This document shows positions 52,441 through 61,188 of a stretch of DNA of 64,000 bases, in pieces (within the stretch, counting starts at the first letter, position 1; each line of letters opens with the position of its first letter). This DNA is from Pocillopora damicornis (Eukaryota): positions 1-64,000 of the forward strand of contig NW_020847369.1 in the NCBI RefSeq assembly GCF_003704095.1, in the 5' to 3' direction. Below the pieces are notes generated by a model, which saw nothing but the letters and a program-made list of their open reading frames with translations, did no database searches and was not told where the DNA came from. The position numbers and the translations under genes were made by a program.

Positions 52441-52782
52441 ATGCAGAACTTTGAGACTATGGACGCAAAAGATCGAGTACGAAAGAAAAGCAGCTCTTCC
52501 TTTGATTATGAAAAGGAAATGGAAAAAGCTTTGGGCATGATTTTTCAAAATCTACGTGACATAGAAGAGAGTCGATTTCGGATGGCTTCTTATCAGTGCG
52601 ATGAACACCAGATGGCAAAGCCACTAAGTGTCTCTGAACAGCCTTGCTATATTGCAGACTTGCCGGCACAAAAGACAGATCGCGAATTTCAAGAAGTTCA
52701 CAAGGAACAGGTTACAAATGTTAAGTCCAGGAGAAAGTTACCATCTGTACCAGTTTCCAAAGGAAGGATTTTTCCCTCTTAA
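52441..52782 (+). CDS. Uncharacterised single-exon protein, family member 6 (~113 aa)
   Basis: RKKSSSSFDYEKEMEKALGMIFQNLRDIEES helix and C-terminal RRKLPSVP. Upstream CACGTG (52342) and TATAAA (52360). ATG at 52441 or 52459. Confidence 0.7.
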   Translation: MQNFETMDAKDRVRKKSSSSFDYEKEMEKALGMIFQNLRDIEESRFRMASYQCDEHQMAKPLSVSEQPCYIADLPAQKTDREFQEVHKEQVTNVKSRRKLPSVPVSKGRIFPS

Positions 52783-54113
52783 ATAAATATGGAATATGGA
52801 CTGTTTTTGATCGGGGACTGAAAGATGGCTTTGTTAGGGCAGACAGAAAATAAGACGTCAGGATACGGTGATATACATGCTCAGTGCTGCGAGGCCGGCG
52901 CACCGTAGTTTCGGCGATCGACTGTTCGCTGGCATCAGAGTTCTTGAGGAAAGCAGGAAGAACAAAGGCAAGTTAAGACGAAGGCAAGAAATGGAAAGTA
53001 ACATTTTTGTCAGTTTTTAAGGAATAAGAACAGCCGTCTTAATTACAGTACGGCCTTTATGTTTAATCTTACGTGATAGAATTTCTCAGTACAGAATTAC
53101 AATCGAAAACGCTGAAAAACCGACATTCCAATCTTTTAGTTCCTTAACTAGAAACTGGATGTCAAAAACTTTGTCGGGGGTAAATTAACGTTCAAATTAC
53201 ATATTGTAAGTTAATTGTTATAAACTTTACAGCAATACGTCTAAAGTAAACATTAATAACCTGAAAAATGCCACAATGTTTACGTACCATCAACGGATTA
53301 TACGCCTACATTTAGCAGCAAATAAACATGTAATAAGTTGGTGTAAATATTGTTGTAGATAGAGTAATTGTGTTTTTTTTCTGCCAAAACTAATTTGATG
53401 TCATTTCGTATTTATTATGTTTCATGATTTAGCTCCATAAAGTTACTAAATCAAGATAACATGGCTTACTTTTCAGTTCAAAGAGGTGGTAAAGTAAACA
53501 GATTGTAGAAAGCGTTAATTAATTACTGCCGGAAGAGATTTAAAGAAGAGTAGACTCGCTATGACGCTTAATCAAGTGGAAGAATTTTAGTTAAGCACAC
53601 CGATTAATTTGTCAAACTGTGTCATTGTTCAAGATATTAAAAATAATGATGTCAATAAGAGATTAAAACGAGACCTCCACGAATATACATTGATGATTTC
53701 CTGTTTTTGTAGTTTTCCCGGATCACGCAAACTGGAAGGCAATAACACTGGATCTAAAACAAAATTATCTGAACTAACATCATAAGAATTGTATAACACT
53801 GGACAGTAAGGAGTATTAGCAATGAGTTTAGCAGTGAAAGGGTTAAGTATAATAAGCTTCTTGGAATGGAGGAATACAAAGTAAGCAAGATTACTTCTTG
53901 CCTATTATAGAATTCCGTCATTATTTTTATTTTTAAATAAAGCCATCCATCCATCCATAATCAAAGCAGGAAAAAGTTTGACGGTTAAAAACTGCTAAAG
54001 CTGTCTCAACAGTCTATGAATGCATTTTAATAAACGGATTACCATGTCTCCACACAAATTTTTCATAAAAAAGTTTGTCACCAATGAAAAAAGAAAAAAA
54101 CGTCTGGAGTCTT

Positions 54114-57100
54114 TTATTCGTTTTTATTTCTGTGGAGTTTTTTCTTTTTGGGGTTTTCCCAGACTCGTTCATTTGGTTGTGGCTGACGTCTAGGAGGTAA
54201 TCTCCAGGAAGCTTCTTCGGCTGCCTTCCATTCTTTGTAAGCTTGCCTGTCAAGAAAAATAGCAACAAAAACATTAAACAAACTCAAAATATTTATTCAC
54301 AATCGCACACACCGTTCAAGGATCTAAAAGAAAAAATGAACGGGTTAGCATTTGAAGTTAGTGCCAGTAAGTGAATACAAGTCGATTTAAAAGCGCTCAT
54401 TTAAGTGATAGGCGAAAACCTTTGGACCGTCCATTGACTTAATATCTTAGCTAAGTGTTTTTCTTAATGTTTCGAATTTCTCTACTTACCATCTTCGCCA
54501 GATCGACTTTACAGGCCACGAAATCAGCATGTAAACGGTAACCACAACACAGTTCAGAACCAAGACGGTCGAGATCGTATAAGCGGTTTCACGCCAGGTC
54601 GAGAAAACGAGGTGGCTCTGAATCTTGATAACATGTTCTGATGACAAAAAACCAAAAATATAGTATGAATGTTATCGACGCGGAGCAATTTTCATAACGT
54701 ACCGATGAAACAACTAAAAGTGAGATAATATCTTGGGTCGTTATCACACAGGAATATTTTCAAGGTGTATTTTCAAGGGGGTAGTCCCACGAAATACCCT
54801 CAGAGGGTACTGCTCGGGGTATTTCTCATTGGTCTTTCTACTCACCGTGAACATATTCATTGTAAAACTGAGTGACAACTTCAATTGTTTCCCAAAGGTA
54901 TTCAAACACAGGTTCAATTGGTTTACAACTCCTTTCAATCACTTTCCAGATCCATTCCGCAGACCATTTTGCTTCCATCCAAGTCCACTCAGCTAACCAT
55001 CTAGATCCACTACATGTTTTCCCAGCTGACCATAAAGCAATTTTCTGTGAGATCTCGGCCAACCATATAATCTTTTCCTTTACCCATTCCGCCATCCCCA
55101 ACGTTCCATTCCAGATTAGATGTGGCAAATATACGATATTGTTCCAAATCGATTCAGCCAACCAGAAACTACCGCTGTACATCCCTTTGGCCAACCGTGT
55201 GATCCAAGAAACAATCCAGTCCACTAAACCTGTCAGTCCACTCCAAATTTCACAGACTTGATCCACCAACCCTAAGAGTCCATTCCAGATTTTACCGACC
55301 AAACCCAATAACCCTTTCAGTCCTCTCCACATTAAACCAGCCATAGTTCCAATTCCGTCAGAACTCTTTTCCCATGCTAGAGCCAGTTTTGTGACCGTAA
55401 AGCTCCATGTGTTTTTCATCATCATCATTGCCTGTGTGATCAGTCCTGGTGCTTTACGTTTGTAGACGTTGTACTTTGAACAAGTCATGTTCCGAGGATA
55501 TTCTGGAAGTTCCTTGCAATTAAGGATCTGAAAGTAAAAAAAGGGGGGGGGGGCAAGTGAGTTTTAACTTTCAAAGACCTCTCGAGTATATTTTAACCCG
55601 CATTTCAAGTTACCTATTTGTTTTTCATGAAACTCGGGGAGGGGGGAGGGGGGAAGGGTAGGGGTTCTTGGTAGGGATTCCCGCCCTGGCTTTTCAAGTT
55701 CAAGTCTGACTATTTAGTCAAGCCAAAGATAAATAATTCATTTCAAGAGTTGTAAGTGTAAAGTTTAGTGCTGTGTCCGCGTTGATCTCCGAGTACTTAA
55801 ATTTATCGGATGTAACGTGATCGCAATCATTTTTACAGGATGAAGAGCTAGTTTTTAAGGTTGCCGCAGTGAGTATCATTTCTCAAAACCCGTAGACTGC
55901 ATAAGGCATGCAGGCCTTAGATAAAAAAGCTTGATTGTTTTATTTGTGCAACGTTCAGTGTAACCTGTAACTCACAATTTCCCCCACCTGTATTTTAAAA
56001 CCGATACTGACTATATTACCACCTTTATTTGCATCATCATTATGCATAAAATATACTTACGAAGCAGACAATACAATACTAATACAATCTACAATAAAAC
56101 ACTTCAGTTAAGTCGCGTTGTTTATCACTAATTACTAATTACTCTTTTTGCGCTACTTTACATTACTAATGGAAGGTACTTGCTCTGATTCTTACATTAC
56201 TAAAAACCGTAGCGTAAAAAACAGCAACTACAGAAAAACAACAAGAAATAGAGAGGGAAAGAAAAGAAGTAAAAGTAACCAAAATATATCAATAGATTAT
56301 TAAATAAGCGCTGGTATATTTTGATTACCTCTCTTTCTCTATTATTCCTTTGAAGTTGACAGACAAATAATCACGATACGCTCTTGCAGTACACTTGAAA
56401 ACCTCACACGGCCAAGGACCTTTAAGAGGCTAGGTCACGATTTACGCATGCGCATTTAGACCTTAGGAAATAGTGGCGCTAACGGGCTTTTTATAGCCTT
56501 TGCCATCGAATTTCATACAATCTTTTCTGTCCTGGGATGTTAGCATCGTTAAAAGGTCTAAGGTATGACTCAAATCAAGGATACGTGTTGGGCGTTGTCA
56601 AGAGACAGTGAGTATGTTGAAGTAAGCATCTTATCGAGAGGCTATCCACATTTACCAGACTCAAAACGTTCCACTTTCTAAATAGTTTATAATTGCTTTA
56701 ATTTGCCTGTAACTGTTGGATACAAATAAAGTTGTTGCTTTTGTTGTTGTTGAAAAAATCTACCCTTTGGGACGGCAAATACTTACCGTTTCGTTACCGT
56801 TAGCTTACACAAGGGATCGATGAACTAAATACACTCTTTCCGGGCCATTCGTTGTTTTACGTTTAACATCAATTACAATTACCAATAGTTTGGTGATGGT
56901 GAGCTATGAAATTTTCATTTCGAATCTCCACCTATAAACTTGATGTCAACAAAATGAACACAGGAAACCGTAAACTAAACACGTTGTAAAATACCTCTCT
57001 CAGTTTAGGTAAATCCTTCCCATGGCCTTCAGCGCTTTGGTCTTCGGAGAAGACGAGTTTCATATCCAGATCCAGAGACGACATTTGAATCCTTATCGCA

Positions 57101-58495
57101 TATTCCTGTACCAAAGTCAAAGTTTCATGAAAAACAAATAGGTAACTTGAACTGCGGGTTAAAATATACTCGAGAGGTCTTTGACAGTTAAAACTCACTT
57201 GCCCCCCCCTTTCTTTTTTTACTTTCAGATCCTTAATTGCAAGGAACTTCCAGAATCAAATTGTAGTCAATTGTAGTCAAAAAGAAATAAACCCCTACCC
57301 TTCCCCCCTCCCCCCTCCCCGAGTTTCATGAAAAACAAATAGGTAACTTGAAATGCGGGTTAAAATATACTGGAGAGGTCTTTGACAGTTAAAACTCACT
57401 TCCCCCCCCCCCTTTTTTTTACTTTCAGATCCTTTATTGCAAGGAACTTCCAGAATCAAATTGTAGTCAAAAAGAAATAAACTAAATTTGCTCTTCAAGC
57501 TTTCAGATCTTAAATCAAATTTCACTCTAACCCCAAGTTCAATCTTAACCCAGCTTTGAACAACTCGGCCCAGACTGTTAAGTAAAATTCAAAATGGCGA
57601 AGTCTTAAGTCCAAAATTCGAAAACATTCTTTTTGTTGTTTTCTTTTCTTTTAACTCTCGTCAAATCCGGGAGGAATTTGTTCCTCTTTTTACTTAAAGT
57701 ATGCCTTATAAAAACAATTACATCATTCATCAGAGTTATTTTTCTGTAATTAATCAACCTTATCGTTCCAAGTTCCGACCACGGACGTTTCTTCTTTAAA
57801 ATCTTTGAGAGATAGCTCTCGCCATTCATTGACTTGAAAATTGTTTGAGAAGAGAAAAAAATAAAATATAGTTATCACCAGCAATATCATCAGCATAGCG
57901 TGTTGCTATTTTGCATTGCAAAATGTGGATGATATGAAATATAGCCGTTTTGAAAATATGAAATTTTTTCTTTGGTGATTTGCAACAAAACCCTTTGGGT
58001 CAAACAAAGTAAAAACAAAAAAAGAAGAAGTAAAACAGTGGATTATCTTAATGAGTAAGAGGTGACGGAGCGCGTGCTTCAAAAATAACTTAGAGCCGTT
58101 TAGTGCGCACGTGCTCTCGGCGCTGGCTGGCGCGTAATACCAGCTGAATTACTATGGCAACTGCAAACTCGTTTGTAACTTGCAAAAGGTTTTGAAAAGT
58201 CTGAAAAATTAACCGTTGGCAAAGCACCCCTTGAGTTTTTGTCAAGGCTGTTCTGAATATTCTCACTTGTAGGAAATGAACACCCGGTAAAACAGTTATT
58301 TCCTTGGGGAAAGAAAGAGGCTTAAAACTGTTTCATTAAAACGTGGCGGAAAAATTTTGGTGCGGGGAAAGTAGAAACCCTTGAAATCCTCTTTATAAGG
58401 GAATGAATCTTACCGTCTTGTTTCACAGATTGTGCAGCTTTCGTCAACGAAAGCAGTAATGCCGACGCAATGAGCAATTTCATTATTCTCTTCAT
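54114..58495 (-). CDS. Uncharacterised predicted type I membrane protein with Trp-rich 11-residue amphipathic repeats, 6 exons, ~409 aa
   Basis: Exons 58495-58414 (signal peptide MKRIMKLLIASALLLSLTKA), 57832-57759, 57105-56995, 55527-54846 (repeats), 54637-54490 (TM: TISTVLVLNCVVVTVYMLISWPV), 54246-54114 (basic tail, TAA). All GT-AG, phases compatible, 1230 nt open. Confidence 0.75.
57121..57456 (+). repeat. Two tandem, near-identical inverted copies of 55500-55666
   Basis: 57290-57456 and 57121-57256 are reverse complements of the intron 3/exon 4 junction (gaaatgcgggttaaaatatact.gagaggtctttga.agttaaaactcactt...ttttactttcagatcctt.attgcaaggaacttccagaat). Confidence 0.9.
57457..57573. mobile_element. 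Half of a MITE-like repeat abutting the inverted duplication
   Basis: Ends in ...cttaacccagctttgaacaactcggcccag, a TIR type related to the ggactaattgttcaaa start at 39471. Only one end is present. Confidence 0.45.
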
Positions 58496-58721
58496 GGTAA
58501 CGATGTTTTTTTTCCTCTCGCCAAAAAACAGCGCTCGGCTTGGTTCCGCGAAACAGACTAAAATATTGACGTCATAGTCGTGGCTTAACACGCTATATCT
58601 TGCGCGAGACAGCGCGAGACAACATCATATCAGTCGTCATTCAATATATATATCAATCGTCAAGTCTCGAGTCGCACTAAAAACGAGTAAGACTGGATCC
58701 CAAATAAACCCAACATCCAAT
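58496..58721. promoter_or_regulatory. Bidirectional promoter
   Basis: 226 bp between divergent ATGs, CpG-rich. Perfect CRE TGACGTCA (58567-58574), tandem gcgcgagac, and YY1-like aatatggcgg over the plus-strand ATG. Confidence 0.6.
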
Positions 58722-60098
58722 ATGGCGGATAGTCCAGAAGCAAAGTTGATGAGAGGACTGGAGTCACTAGATGTTAAAATTTCACAGACTCTATACGAGG
58801 TATTATCGCTCAACATTTCCGTCAGTTAAGGGTTCTGATGTTAAAATGTACCCTCTATGGTTGTAGATAAAAGAACTGGAAGTTACAAACCACGAACTCA
58901 GCTGTCTACAACCGAAAAAGGTTTGTAATTCAGCTGTATATTCGTCTACGACAGTGTTTCCCCTTTTTGCTATGTTGACAAGATATGTCTTATTCGTTTT
59001 ATTTAAAGAGAGTATTCACAAGGCAAGGACCTGGGAATGTGTTTTTTCTTTCTGATCGTGCACTCGTGGTTGGCCAGTTTAAAAGTAAGTATAAACGCGC
59101 GTAACTTGTTAAGATTCCTGTTAAGTTTTACAAAACTTAACAGGAATCAACCCTTCTACCTCTAAGATCTGATTAGTTGAAGAGTGCTTAGATCACCCAG
59201 TCACCTGATGGGTTTGTCAGCTCTCAACACACGTTGGAAGATTTGTTTTCTTAGCCCATAATTTCCTTCTTCAAGTTATTTCCTACTTAAGTAAGATCAA
59301 CAGAGAGTTATTGTACTTTTATACACAGAGAAATTTAATAATCCTTTTCAGTGATGTTGTTAATTAATTTAAGGTGAAATAAACTTCTTGTAGATTGAAA
59401 TTTGGGCGAGTTTATCATCACAATGACCATACATGGCTTCAATTAATGCCTATCATGATACAAGTAATCAAAACAATCATAGCATACTATATGCAAAGCT
59501 TCCTTTATTTACAGAATGGTTTCAACCTGAAAATGAATTTAAACAGAATTTGAAAGTACCTGAGCAATTATACTGTCTAATTATAAAGATAATGGAGTAG
59601 AATAGTCTCTTTGACTTCATCTTTATCAGGCTTAGATTTGTTGATATTCTAAGTAGAAGTTGCACATTAATCACATTTGAAAAATGAATTTTTGTCCTAT
59701 CTTTCTGTGAATGACTACCTCAGGTTGTTAACCCTTTAATTCCCAGAAGTGATTGGGAGGTAACCTCTCCCTATAATATCCATACACCGTTCAGCAAACA
59801 GGTAATGAGAATTTTAAAACTTATCATGTAGAAGATGTTATTATTGATCTAATACCAAATTCTCTAATTGATTGAAAAGGAAATGTATAGCAGCTAGAGA
59901 GGAGAATTAAAAATCAGATCTTGGGAGTTAAAGGGTTAGGGATTGAGAGAAGTTTGACTGCAAATAGAGACACAAAAGTGAGTTGAGCTTTGTTTGCAAA
60001 TGTATGAGTTGAAGTATTTTGTTTATATTCCAGAAAAGCTTGAAGATGCTAAGAAAGATTTAGAAGAGCTTAACAGGCAAAAGCAAGATGCTGTCTGA
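58722..60098 (+). CDS. ASDURF: ASDURF-like prefoldin-type microprotein, 4 exons, 90 aa
   Basis: Exons 58722-58799, 58867-58920, 59009-59084, 60034-60098 give MADSPEAKLMRGLESLDVKISQTLYEIKELEVTNHELSCLQPKKRVFTRQGPGNVFFLSDRALVVGQFKKKLEDAKKDLEELNRQKQDAV. Coil-hairpin-coil beta-prefoldin layout. ELS.L...R.V......N[VI]FFL.DR matches my recollection of vertebrate ASDURF. Confidence 0.75.
59728..59938. mobile_element. TTAA-flanked MITE in ASDURF intron 3
   Basis: ttaacccttta...ttaaagggtta termini. Same subfamily as 11431-11633. Confidence 0.8.
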
Positions 60099-61108
60099 TC
60101 TTAGCTAGAATTCTTGCTATCAGTCAGTGAACAATGAGATGCTACTTAACACGGAATTAATTTTCCCTATCAGTCAGTCTGATCAGTCGCTGGATCCCTT
60201 TAAATGAAAGTGTGCAGGAATTCTGATACTATCTCACAAGAGGGCGACAAAAGGGTTTAGATTTAGGTTTAAAGTGTTAGCCCATTAGTGAAGGCATTGA
60301 ACTAGTGAGATATCTAGTTGAAGAAGAGAAAAATTGAACCCAAGGAAAGTTTTCTTTATTGATGAATGAAAAAAAACTGGATCCACACATCCCTGAAACA
60401 AGTTGTAAAGTGTATTGGTAGTAAGGCTCAAGATAATAAATGTGTTGAATCATTACAAGAACAAACAATGGGGATAGCTCATATATATATGTAGCTCATA
60501 TAAATATGTTTTCTGGGTCTAAACAATTAATTCTTGCTCTGTTGCATGTGCAGTGAGTCAACTGTTTTGTTTTCTATCAGTCTGAAAGTAGTTAAGTTAT
60601 ATTAACTTTGAACTTTTCAAAAGGCAAGATTCTCAAGAATATTCTACAATGAAAAATATCTGCATCAAATTTGTACTTAACAGTTGCTTGTTTCCTACAT
60701 TTTTCATGATAATTATGTATTTTTTTCTTGTAGAGGTGTACTATTGAAATGTATTTGTTATTCTGTGAGAAATATTATTAAATTAAAAATGTACATTTGA
60801 GAGGAATATTTTGCCTTGCATTTTTGAATTTAAAGCAGAACTTTGTGTTATGGAGATTTGAATTTATTTTATTTTTGTATGAAACTTGTATTGAAACATG
60901 TAAGCAAGAGATAGAAAAAAGAAGGATTCATTATAGATCATTCTCTTTCTCTGATCTTTACTTATGTCAAGTTTTTTTTTGAAGATTCACTTTTTAAAGT
61001 CTTGATCTACCACGTTCTTTATGCTCTCCAACTAAAGCGAGCCGAAAAAAAAAAAAAAGGCCCCTACCTTCCCCTCCCTTACCATTTTAAAACAGCTTTC
61101 TACGATTT

Positions 61109-61123
61109 ACTTCCGGTCACGTG
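61109..61123 (+). promoter_or_regulatory. ETS + E-box composite site upstream of SLC35B1
   Basis: ACTTCCGG directly followed by TCACGTG, 66 bp before the ATG. Confidence 0.45.
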
Positions 61124-61188
61124 TTTTTTCGCTCTCCAATGAAAGGTAACCACGCTTCCTCGAAACCGGTAGTGAAAAAATCCTCCAG

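Noticed and set aside
52500-52580. BH3-only (BAD/BIM-like) interpretation of helix A (IFQNLRDIEES vs IAQELRRIGDE) alongside RxxSAP sites
   Set aside because: The small residue plus Asp (G-D) required in BH3 motifs is absent in all members. The resemblance is only hydrophobic spacing.
54838-55488. Phage tape-measure gene, prophage or bacterial contamination
   Set aside because: The repeat ORF is a spliced exon of a gene with a signal peptide and GT-AG introns, and there are no phage genes nearby.
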